DNA from: Capsulimonadaceae bacterium
GTDB taxonomy: Bacteria; Armatimonadota; Armatimonadia; Armatimonadales; Capsulimonadaceae
Assembly (NCBI GenBank): GCA_036504535.1
Contig: DASXUY010000022.1
Span: 5,650-69,649, forward strand
Length of the DNA: 64,000 nt
Direction of reading: 5' to 3'
Position numbers and translations under genes: made by a program. Under the pieces are notes generated by a model that had not been told where the DNA came from, did no database searches, and saw only the letters and a program-made list of their open reading frames with translations. This document shows positions 38,137 to 45,966 of this stretch, in pieces. Each line of letters opens with the position of its first letter. Position 1 is the stretch's first letter.

Positions 38137-38152
38137 ATGAAACAGAGTCGCC

Positions 38153-38542
38153 ATGCCCAACGTATGCAAAAACTGTGGAGCCGAGCAAACCGGAACGTCA
38201 ACGGTCTGCCTGAACTGCGGAGTGAGTGTTGCGCCGCTGACGCCGCAAGTCCAGACCTTGATGATAGGCAGGCGTCGCGACCCGTATTTAGGGTTCATAC
38301 TCTCTGTATTGGGCCCGCTTGGCGTGGCGGCGATATGCCTGAGCTTTTGGCCGTCGTATACTATTTTTGCGTGGATCGTATCTATCATCGGGACGCATGG
38401 GATTGGCGATGCCATAAAAGAGAAGTGGCCCCTTTTCGGCGGTGCCCTAAAGCGGGGCATCGAATTACAGTTCACAGTACTGGTCGTACTTGTCCTTGGA
38501 GGCTTGGCCATTTGCGCCGGAGCAGCGCGTCAAGGTGCTTGA
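38153..38542 (+). CDS. Zinc-ribbon membrane protein, array member 11.
   Basis: MPNVCKNCGAEQTGTSTVCLNCGV, then transmembrane helices, C-terminal LAICAG. Confidence 0.65.
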   Translation: MPNVCKNCGAEQTGTSTVCLNCGVSVAPLTPQVQTLMIGRRRDPYLGFILSVLGPLGVAAICLSFWPSYTIFAWIVSIIGTHGIGDAIKEKWPLFGGALKRGIELQFTVLVVLVLGGLAICAGAARQGA

Positions 38543-38599
38543 ACGTCCGAAGCACAATCTGTGTGCTATTCGTTTGGGCGGTAGGGAGCGTAAAGTGCT

Positions 38600-38962
38600 A
38601 TGACCTACATATGCAAAAACTGCGACTCCGAGCTAACCGAAACGTCGAACGTCTGCCCAAACTGCGGCGAGCCCGTCGCGCGGAAGCCGACGTGGCACGA
38701 GCGGCGTTTGTATATTGGCGGCATCATTACGGGACTCGTTATAATAATTGGGACAATATTTATCACGTCTACGCTTACCTCTACGCGGGCATTTATAGTC
38801 CCCGCTGCAATGGCGGCGTTTGTTGGAGTGGCCATTCTAAGCACCTCGTTTCAGTTTCGGTCCCCGGAATTCGGGCGCGGCCTTCGAATCAGCCCTGCGT
38901 ATTTTTTCGTTGTTGTAGCGGTAATGCTTCTTGGTCTATTCGTCGTATGCCTCGCTGAATGA
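38600..38962 (+). CDS. Zinc-ribbon membrane protein, array member 12.
   Basis: MTYICKNCDSELTETSNVCPNCGE...RSPEFGRGLRISP...FVVCLAE. Confidence 0.7.
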   Translation: MTYICKNCDSELTETSNVCPNCGEPVARKPTWHERRLYIGGIITGLVIIIGTIFITSTLTSTRAFIVPAAMAAFVGVAILSTSFQFRSPEFGRGLRISPAYFFVVVAVMLLGLFVVCLAE

Positions 38963-38983
38963 TGAACCGAAACCGATTTACCG

Positions 38984-39415
38984 ATGACATACACCTGCAA
39001 AAACTGTGGAGATGAGCTAACCGAAACATCGATCGTCTGCCCGAACTGCGGCGAGCGTGTCGTCACGCACTGGCCCCCGTTCATCATGCAGGATGACGCG
39101 CCCGAGCCCGAGACCGAGCCCCAGCCAAAGCCGCTCATTCGGCGCGGCGACAAAGCGGTGGGCTTCGCCTTGTCGTGCATCCCAGCGCCGGTTACGATCC
39201 TCGTGGAGCGCCTGCTTCCGAACGTCGGCGCGACGGCAGCGCTTCTTGGCTATGGACTTGTGATTGTTGCAGCGAGCAGTATTCAGTATCGCAGACCAGA
39301 CGTTTTCGCGGGCATGGTGCGCGGACTCAAACTACAGCTACTCGTAGCAGCATTGCTCATGCTGGGGTCAATATATACTTGCTTTACTACCGGCCCTTAT
39401 AGCCAACGCCAATAA
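38984..39415 (+). CDS. Zinc-ribbon membrane protein, array member 13.
   Basis: MTYTCKNCGDELTETSIVCPNCGE...RRPDVFAGMVRGLKLQ...IYTCFT. Confidence 0.7.
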   Translation: MTYTCKNCGDELTETSIVCPNCGERVVTHWPPFIMQDDAPEPETEPQPKPLIRRGDKAVGFALSCIPAPVTILVERLLPNVGATAALLGYGLVIVAASSIQYRRPDVFAGMVRGLKLQLLVAALLMLGSIYTCFTTGPYSQRQ

Positions 39416-39491
39416 TCTTTACGTTTGTTCGAGTGCTACCGGGGTTGGCTAAGGGAGTCGCATACCTTTGCGGCCCGCAAGAACGAAAACA

Positions 39492-39869
39492 ATGAACACT
39501 ACGTGCAAGAATTGCAATAAGCCGATCAGTGACGACGACATCAAATGTCCATCCTGTGGCCATGTGCCCCCCGAGCCGTGCACCAAGGGCCAGTCACCGG
39601 GGATGGCCCTTGGAATGATAGGCGGGATAGGGGCCACACTTGTGTTGGCATTCATGGGTAGCATTTTAATCTATTGTGGCTTGTTCATAGCGGTCCCGGT
39701 TTGGCTTGGTTGTCTTTTTGCACTCGACTCACACGCGGTTAAGGTTTCCGCACGGACGCCAGGGTTTGCGCGAGGGTTGCGGCTAGGAATCCGTCTGCAA
39801 ATTCTCGGATTTATGGTGTTGATTATCGAAACCACCATCAAGCTTCACAACTGGTATGGAGTGCAATGA
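39492..39869 (+). CDS. Zinc-ribbon membrane protein, array member 14.
   Basis: MNTTCKNCNKPISDDDIKCPSCGH...RTPGFARGLRLG. An alternative upstream start exists at 39468. Confidence 0.65.
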   Translation: MNTTCKNCNKPISDDDIKCPSCGHVPPEPCTKGQSPGMALGMIGGIGATLVLAFMGSILIYCGLFIAVPVWLGCLFALDSHAVKVSARTPGFARGLRLGIRLQILGFMVLIIETTIKLHNWYGVQ

Positions 39870-39913
39870 AAATCACCCGATGCTCCCTGCTCGCCAACCC
39901 ATCGCCCCGCCTC

Positions 39914-39989
39914 CTAGCGGCGAAGCCGTTCAAGGGTGCAGCGTCACGCTGCCGCCAGCCGCGTAGGCTACCCCTGCGGCGAGCAGTCC
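39914..39989. repeat. Dispersed ~70-bp structured repeat, copy 2.
   Basis: ctagcggcgaagccgttcaagggtGCAGCGtcacGCTGCcgccagccgcgtaggctacccctgcggcgagcagtcc. Confidence 0.6.
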
Positions 39990-40034
39990 TAAACCGTTAC
40001 CTTACAACCGACACCATACCCTGAACACCAAACC

Positions 40035-41441
40035 ATGACCCAACCCGCCGCGATCACCGATCCCTGGACCGAAGACACCGCCAGCCTGTGCCCGACATGC
40101 CTTGCGCACGTCCCGGCGCGCATTGCGGTCGACGGCGGCGGAGTCTGGATCACGAAGCGCTGCCCCGCGCACGGCGAATCCAGCGCGCTGCTGGCTAGCG
40201 ACGCCACCGAGTACTTGCGCCTGCGCCAGTTTGTCCCGGACCGCAGCGGAGCGAACTGCTGCTGCGGACCCGGCGACTCGTGCACCGGCGCGCCTCCCGT
40301 GTGTGTCCTGCTGCTGGAGATCACGCAAGCCTGTAACCTGCGCTGCCCAACATGCTACGCCGACGCGCACGGGCACGAGTTTATGACCGTCGACGAAGCT
40401 CGGCGGCGACTCGATTCGTTCTTCGTAAAGCAGCCAGTGCTCGATGTGCTCATGATCAGCGGCGGCGAGCCCACCATCCACCCCCAGTTTCGCGAGATCC
40501 TCGACCTCGCGCTGTCGTACCCGATCAACCGTGTGCTCATCAACACCAACGGCCTCCGCCTTGTCCAGAGCGACACTGTGCTCGATGCCATCGCCGCGCA
40601 CCGAAACCGCGTCGAGCTGTTCCTGTCGTTCGCCAGCTTCCGCGCCGACGTCCACGAGCGGCTCTACGGCCGTGACCTGCGAACCGAAAAGACCGCCGCC
40701 GTCGATCGAGCGCGTGACGCCGGACTCTTCACGACCATCGTGCCGACAATCGAACGCGGCGTCAACGACGACGAGATCGGCGACCTTTACCGGTTCGCCC
40801 TGTCCCGCGACAACATCAACGGCATCAACTTCCAGCCCGTCATGAGCGCGGGGCGCTACGATCACGGATACGATCCCGCCGGGCGCATGACCCTCACCGA
40901 CGTGATCGCCGCCCTTGAGTCGCAAACCAACGGCCACCTCATCCGCACCGATTTCGTCGGCCTGCCGTGCTCGCATCCCGACTGCTGCGCACTCACATAC
41001 GGCTTTCTCGACGCTGCCCGCACCCGAATCGCTCCGCTCCCGCGATCGCTCGACGTTGCCCGGTACATGGACCTGTTCACGGACCGCATCAGCTTCTCGG
41101 GTCTCGTCGGCGGGGCGTTGCGACGCGTCTGGAGCGACATGGCGCATATGCGAGCAGCGCAAACCCTGCGCGACCTCGGGACCCTCTTCGCCACCGCTGG
41201 CATACGCGACGTGCTCCCACTTATCGGTCGCCCGGAAGAGTTTGGCAAACGTGTCCTGCGTATCGTCGTCAAGCCGTTTATGGACGCGCACACGTACGAC
41301 CAGCATCGTGTTGAGCAGTGCTGCACGAAGATCATCGACGAGACGGGTCAGCCCGTCTCGTTCTGCGAATACAACGTTCTGCGCCGCGGGGTAACGCTCC
41401 CGGCGCGCCGTGGCTCCGTGCCGTTGTCGGTCGTCGGGTAG
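40035..41441 (+). CDS. Radical SAM enzyme with an N-terminal Cys/His-rich (zinc-ribbon/rubredoxin-like) extension and a C-terminal Cys cluster.
   Basis: CNLRCPTCY (CxxxCxxC) plus the GGEPTIHPQF SAM-binding motif. N-terminal LCPTC...(22)...CPAHG and CCCGPGDSC. C-terminal CSHPDCC and QCCTKIIDETGQPVSFC. Confidence 0.8.
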   Translation: MTQPAAITDPWTEDTASLCPTCLAHVPARIAVDGGGVWITKRCPAHGESSALLASDATEYLRLRQFVPDRSGANCCCGPGDSCTGAPPVCVLLLEITQACNLRCPTCYADAHGHEFMTVDEARRRLDSFFVKQPVLDVLMISGGEPTIHPQFREILDLALSYPINRVLINTNGLRLVQSDTVLDAIAAHRNRVELFLSFASFRADVHERLYGRDLRTEKTAAVDRARDAGLFTTIVPTIERGVNDDEIGDLYRFALSRDNINGINFQPVMSAGRYDHGYDPAGRMTLTDVIAALESQTNGHLIRTDFVGLPCSHPDCCALTYGFLDAARTRIAPLPRSLDVARYMDLFTDRISFSGLVGGALRRVWSDMAHMRAAQTLRDLGTLFATAGIRDVLPLIGRPEEFGKRVLRIVVKPFMDAHTYDQHRVEQCCTKIIDETGQPVSFCEYNVLRRGVTLPARRGSVPLSVVG

Positions 41442-41623
41442 GGGATTTAGGACGGCTCGTGCCGCCGGGGCATCTTTTATATAAGGGTGGCGGTGCGGTA
41501 AACCCGCTATCCCAGCCCACTCGACTTTCCAGCACACCGACAAGCATAGTCAGATAGAGGGAGCGAAGCGAGAAAAAATGCCCAAGCGGCACGAGCGATC
41601 CTAATATTATAAGTGGGGGAGAT

Positions 41624-41905
41624 ATGAGCGAATTCGATAGACAAGAACAGGGTCGACGGTATGAGGGGTGGGCGTTTACGTACTGCAAAGCGGCGCTGCT
41701 GGTGCTTATCTTCCAGCGTTACTCGCTCATCGCCCTATCAGCGCTCTCGGTGATCTTCTACCTCGCCGCCGCCGCGAAGGGCGTTGACAAGTACCGCTGC
41801 TTCGTCAAGCCGCCCTGGGTCACCATCGCCTGGACCATCGTCCTCATCGCCCAGCTTTACGCCATCCACATCCACGGTTGGCCCCCATGGCGGCTGATCG
41901 GGTAG
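41624..41905 (+). CDS. Small (93 aa) two-transmembrane-helix membrane protein of unknown function.
   Basis: GGGGGAG ribosome-binding site before the ATG. Two hydrophobic helices (AALLVLIFQRYSLIALSALSVIFYLAAAA; VTIAWTIVLIAQLYAI). Confidence 0.4.
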   Translation: MSEFDRQEQGRRYEGWAFTYCKAALLVLIFQRYSLIALSALSVIFYLAAAAKGVDKYRCFVKPPWVTIAWTIVLIAQLYAIHIHGWPPWRLIG

Positions 41906-42003
41906 AGGGGTAGACTTGATCCTCTCCGCCCCACCTCCCGCCAAGCCGCAGAGCCTCATCAACACCCCAAGCATTGGGGTGCGAGCCAAGCGAGCGGGGT
42001 CCC

Positions 42004-42624
42004 TCACACACACAGCCGCGCCGCTTCTTCGGCTTCGTTCAGCTTGCCGGCGGCGATCAGCGAACGTATCTCGTGCGTCTCCATGATGCGGTTCACCCAC
42101 GCTTTGCGGCGCGCAATCCCCTCCATGCCTTGGATCGTGTTGCGAAGCCGCCCAAACAGCTGTATCCAGAGGTCGTATTCGGGACCGTACTGCTTCTCCA
42201 CCCGGTCGCGCAGCACGGACGCGAACGTTGGGCTTTCACCACCCGTCGAGATTGACAAGAGCAGCTTCCCGCGCGCAACCGTGCTGGGGGTGATGAACGA
42301 GCCCTCAGTCGGCGCATCGGCGCGGCAGACAAGCGCGCCCGCAGCCTCGGCGGCCCTGGCAACAGCCTCGTTCACCGTCTGCGAGTTGGTCGCCGCGTGC
42401 ACCAGAAACGCGCCCGCGACATCGCTCTCAGCAAACTCGCGGCGTATAATCTCGCATGCCCGCGAACGCGCCAGGTCCTCGATCTGCGCCGTGACACTGG
42501 GAGCAACAACACGCACCGTTGCTCCCTGGCCGTGCAATGACTCCACACGCCTCGTCGCTACCGATCCGCCGCCGACCACCACCACGAGCCGACCGGTCAA
42601 ATTCAATATCACTGGGTATGGCAT
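42004..42624 (-). CDS. sirC: Precorrin-2 dehydrogenase / sirohydrochlorin ferrochelatase (SirC/CysG N-terminal domain type).
   Basis: MPYPVILNLTGRLVVVVGGGSVATRRVESLHGQGATVRVVAP Rossmann motif typical of the siroheme synthase N-terminal domain. About 200 aa. Confidence 0.75.
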   Translation of the reverse strand: MPYPVILNLTGRLVVVVGGGSVATRRVESLHGQGATVRVVAPSVTAQIEDLARSRACEIIRREFAESDVAGAFLVHAATNSQTVNEAVARAAEAAGALVCRADAPTEGSFITPSTVARGKLLLSISTGGESPTFASVLRDRVEKQYGPEYDLWIQLFGRLRNTIQGMEGIARRKAWVNRIMETHEIRSLIAAGKLNEAEEAARLCV

Positions 42625-42687
42625 ATCTTTATTATAAGCTTCTTGCTCTTACAATCAGCACTAAAACGCTAATAGGGTATCGCAACA

Positions 42688-42765
42688 CTCGCGGCGAAGC
42701 CGCATAACGGTCCAGCGGACTCGCTGGCTCCCGCCGAGTAGGCGGCCCCAGCGGCGAGCGTTCCT
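42688..42765. repeat. Dispersed ~70-bp structured repeat, copy 3.
   Basis: ctcgcggcgaagccgcataacggtCCAGCGgactCGCTGGctcccgccgagtaggcggccccagcggcgagcgttcc. Confidence 0.6.
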
Positions 42766-42780
42766 ACTCCCTCATTCTAC

Positions 42781-42826
42781 GGAAACAAACAGCCCCTCGT
42801 TTCACACAACGTGCAATTCGAGGGGC
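42781..42826 (-). terminator. Rho-independent terminator for pntB (minus strand).
   Basis: On the minus strand: GCCCCTCG-(19-nt loop)-CGAGGGGC followed by TGTTTGTTT. It lies 28 nt after the pntB stop. Confidence 0.5.
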
Positions 42827-42853
42827 CGTTAACCAACATTCACAACCCAGCCG

Positions 42854-44299
42854 CTACATCTCTTTCACGGCGCGGGCGAGTTTGTCGACCGAGTCCTTGG
42901 CGTCGCCAAAGAGCATGACCGTCTTCTCGTTTTCGTACAGCGGGTTCGCGATACCGGCGAATCCGGAGCGCATGGAGCGCTTCAGGACGACGATATTCTG
43001 AGCCTTGTCCACGTCGAGAATAGGCATGCCGTAGATTGGGCTGCTGGCGTCGTTGCGCGCCGCCGGGTTGGTGACGTCGTTCGCGCCGATGACCAGGGCG
43101 ACATCCGTGCGAGCGAACTCGGGGTTGATGTCTTCCATGTCGAACAGCGCGGGATACGGCACATCCGCTTCGGCGAGGAGGACGTTCATGTGCCCGGGCA
43201 TTCGTCCGGCGACCGGGTGAATGGCGTACTTGACGACAACATCCTTGGCTTCGAGCTGATCGGCCAGCTCTTTGACCGCATGCTGCGCCTGAGCGACTGC
43301 CATGCCGTAGCCGGGGACGATGATCACCTGACTGGCGTACGCCAGCATGGTCGCGACATCGTCAGCTGATGCGCTCCGGACATTCATGTCAGCCGCGGGA
43401 CCGGCAGCAGCGGTCGTGTCGACAGCGCCGAATGCGCCGAAGAGGACGTTGCTGATCGGCCGGTTCATCGCCTTGCCCATTTCGACGGTGAGCAGAGTAC
43501 CGGATGCGCCGACGAATGCGCCGGCGACCACGAGGGCGTTATTCCCCAGTGCAAAGCCGCCCGCCGCCACCGCGATACCGGTGAATGCGTTCAGCAGTGA
43601 GATCACAACGGGCATATCCGCGCCGCCGATTGGGAGCACGAACAGGACACCGAGGAACAACGACACAATCGCAGCGACTGTGAACGCTACTTCGGGGTTA
43701 ATGACGCCAAGGAACGACGCGATCATGACGCCGATGACAGCAACAAAGCCGCCAATGTTCATGATATTTGCGCCTGGCCACGTGATAGGTCGGCCCGAGA
43801 TCAGTTCTTGGAGCTTCCCGAAGGCAATCAGCGAACCGGTGAAGCTAAGGCAGCCGATGATCACGCTTAGGAAGATAGACGCGACCGCATCGGGCGGGAG
43901 CTTTGTGGCGTTATGCAGACCAGCTTCTTGAAGCGCGAGGTGCAGGTCGTAGACCGCAACCAACGCCGCCGTCGCGCCTCCAGCACCGTTGAAGATCGCC
44001 ACCATTTGTGGCATCGCGGTCATCTTCACCCGCAGCGCGGAAATGGCGCCGATGCCGCCTCCGAGGAGCAGACCGACAACAATGATGCCAGTTTGGCAGG
44101 GGCTGTAGTTGACAAGCTTGGCGCCCATGGCATCGGTGCCGATGAACACGCCAATTACGGTGATCAGCATGCCAACCATGGCGATACGGTTACCGAGCTT
44201 GGCAGTCGCTGGCGCGTTCATGTACTTAAGCGCCAGGTAGAACAGAAACGCCGTGACAAGATAGGCGATTTCGATAGGTGAAACAGTCGTGGTAGGCAT
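42854..44299 (-). CDS. pntB: NAD(P) transhydrogenase subunit beta.
   Basis: N-terminal polytopic membrane domain and a C-terminal NADP(H)-binding domain (IIVPGYGMAVAQAQH...AIHPVAGRMPGHMNVLLAEA). Confidence 0.9.
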   Translation of the reverse strand: MPTTTVSPIEIAYLVTAFLFYLALKYMNAPATAKLGNRIAMVGMLITVIGVFIGTDAMGAKLVNYSPCQTGIIVVGLLLGGGIGAISALRVKMTAMPQMVAIFNGAGGATAALVAVYDLHLALQEAGLHNATKLPPDAVASIFLSVIIGCLSFTGSLIAFGKLQELISGRPITWPGANIMNIGGFVAVIGVMIASFLGVINPEVAFTVAAIVSLFLGVLFVLPIGGADMPVVISLLNAFTGIAVAAGGFALGNNALVVAGAFVGASGTLLTVEMGKAMNRPISNVLFGAFGAVDTTAAAGPAADMNVRSASADDVATMLAYASQVIIVPGYGMAVAQAQHAVKELADQLEAKDVVVKYAIHPVAGRMPGHMNVLLAEADVPYPALFDMEDINPEFARTDVALVIGANDVTNPAARNDASSPIYGMPILDVDKAQNIVVLKRSMRSGFAGIANPLYENEKTVMLFGDAKDSVDKLARAVKEM

Positions 44300-44614
44300 T
44301 TAATTTTTGCCTCCCGTTGTCGGTTTCTTCTTCTTGAACATCTGGAGCATTCTTTCGGTAACGACGAAGCCGCCGAACACATTGACTGCGCCAAGCGTGA
44401 CCGCAGCAAACGAGCCGATGTATCCTAGTCCGTTGTTCGGGAACAGCGCCGAGCCCGTCGCGATTATAGCGCCGACGACAACGATCCCGTGGATCGCATT
44501 GGTTGCCGACATAAGCGGTGTGTGAAGGGTGGTAGGAACGTGGGAAACCACTTCCAGACCGATCAGAATCGCGAACATCAAGACCGCGACATGGGTGAAC
44601 ATTTCCGGAGTCAT
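44300..44614 (-). CDS. pntAB: NAD(P) transhydrogenase subunit alpha, part 2 (membrane).
   Basis: A ~100-aa, three-helix membrane protein (HVAVLMFAILIGLEVVSHVP...NAIHGIVVVGAIIATG) between pntAA and pntB. Confidence 0.85.
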   Translation of the reverse strand: MTPEMFTHVAVLMFAILIGLEVVSHVPTTLHTPLMSATNAIHGIVVVGAIIATGSALFPNNGLGYIGSFAAVTLGAVNVFGGFVVTERMLQMFKKKKPTTGGKN

Positions 44615-45762
44615 TTTCCTTCTCCTTCCGGTAAGCCGAGCGCGGCACGAGTCACTTTGTGCAGAACCTCGCCGTCATGGGTCAGCGTCGAACTCGCGAT
44701 GATCTCATCCTTGAAGTCAAGATTGAGCGCCCCTTCTTTGTTGACGATCAGCGCCAAAAGGCTCGTGATGTTTCGCGAGTAGAGCTGACTGGCGTGGAAA
44801 GGAACCGTTGCAGGCAAGTTGAGCGTGCCGTCAATGGTGACCCCGTGAACGGACACAACTTCGCCCTTCACCGTGAGCTCGCAGTTGCCGCCGGTTTCAG
44901 CTGCCATGTCGATAATCACCGATCCAGGCTTCATCGCCTTGACCGCGTCGGCAATCACCATTAGTGGAGCGGGGCGTCCCGGGACGAGCGCGGTGGTGAT
45001 GACTATGTCAGACGCTGCGACATACGGGATCATCATCTCACGCTGCTTCTGCGCCTCTTCGGGAGTCAGTGCGCGAGCATAACCGCCCGCCGCTTCCCCG
45101 TCGCCAGTGACATTGATCTCAATGAACTCAGCCCCAAGGCTGTGAACCTGCTCTTTGACCACCGCCCGGACATCGAACGCCGACACGACGGCACCAAGAC
45201 GCCGCGCTGTTGCGATAGCCTGAAGGCCCGCAACACCCACACCAAGGATGAGCACCTTGGCTGGCGGGATAGTGCCAGCCGCCGTTGTCATCATCGGCAG
45301 GATCTTCGGCAAGTGGTTCGCCGCGATTAGCACCGACTTATAACCTGCGAGGTTGCTCTGCGATGACAGGACGTCCATCGACTGAGCGCGCGTGATTCGA
45401 GGAACCATTTCCATGCTGATAGCCGTCAGCTTGTGGTCCGCGAGCGACTTCACATAGTCCGGGTGGCCGAGAGGTGAGAGTAGTCCGACAACAATTGCGC
45501 CGCTGGGAATAGCGGCGAGTTCATCGGCATCGGGGCGAGCTACTTTGACGACAATGTCAGCGCCCTTGTAAAGTGAAGCAGTATCCGGGGCGATTTCGGC
45601 TCCGGCAGCCGCGTACGCTTCATCGAGAAATCCGGCGCTGACGCCCGCTCCTGATTGGACACGAACAGTCAGGCCGCTTTTTATGAGTCGGGTAATACCA
45701 TCGGGAATAAGCGCGACTCGGCGCTCTCCGGTATTCCGCTCCTGCGGCACGGCGACGATCAT
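44611..45762 (-). CDS. pntAA: NAD(P) transhydrogenase subunit alpha, part 1 (alanine-dehydrogenase-like NAD(H)-binding).
   Basis: MIVAVPQERNTGERRVALIPDGITRLIKSGLTVRVQSGAG...; ATG at 45760-45762 with a GGAGG ribosome-binding site 7 nt upstream. The longer ORF reaching 45828 is rejected. Confidence 0.88.
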   Translation of the reverse strand: MIVAVPQERNTGERRVALIPDGITRLIKSGLTVRVQSGAGVSAGFLDEAYAAAGAEIAPDTASLYKGADIVVKVARPDADELAAIPSGAIVVGLLSPLGHPDYVKSLADHKLTAISMEMVPRITRAQSMDVLSSQSNLAGYKSVLIAANHLPKILPMMTTAAGTIPPAKVLILGVGVAGLQAIATARRLGAVVSAFDVRAVVKEQVHSLGAEFIEINVTGDGEAAGGYARALTPEEAQKQREMMIPYVAASDIVITTALVPGRPAPLMVIADAVKAMKPGSVIIDMAAETGGNCELTVKGEVVSVHGVTIDGTLNLPATVPFHASQLYSRNITSLLALIVNKEGALNLDFKDEIIASSTLTHDGEVLHKVTRAALGLPEGEGK

Positions 45763-45966
45763 AGTGAAACCTCCGTGCAATCTTCGCCAGTCAGTGGATT
45801 CGGGGGAATTGACCGCCCGGTGAAACATGGCGATTTGTTAGATAATTCTACTAGCGTGGCGGCCAGACAGTCATCCGCCTTATGGCCGTTCTTACGCTAT
45901 TATTTGGACATATGACCCACTTTGTGACTATTTTCACGATTTCCCTGCGTTAACGCTGGGTATACT

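Noticed and set aside
38137-38958. A 273-aa plus-strand ORF running across array members 11-12.
   Set aside because: It is out of frame with two well-supported members and has no zinc-ribbon start or transmembrane pattern.
34351-39560. The regularly spaced repeated motif aaatgcccaaactg, recurring every ~400 bp, was considered as a CRISPR-like or tandem-repeat array.
   Set aside because: The repeats are the coding sequence of the conserved KCPNC zinc-ribbon start of each paralog. The intervening segments are ORFs of differing length rather than spacers, and there are no cas genes.
40002-41543. A 513-aa minus-strand ORF opposite the radical SAM gene.
   Set aside because: Shadow ORF. The plus-strand frame carries the canonical CxxxCxxC and GGEP motifs.
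41963-41981. The hairpin CACCCCAagcatTGGGGTG between the convergent genes 41624-41905 and sirC was considered as a bidirectional terminator.
   Set aside because: No U-tract on either strand, so I did not call it as a feature.
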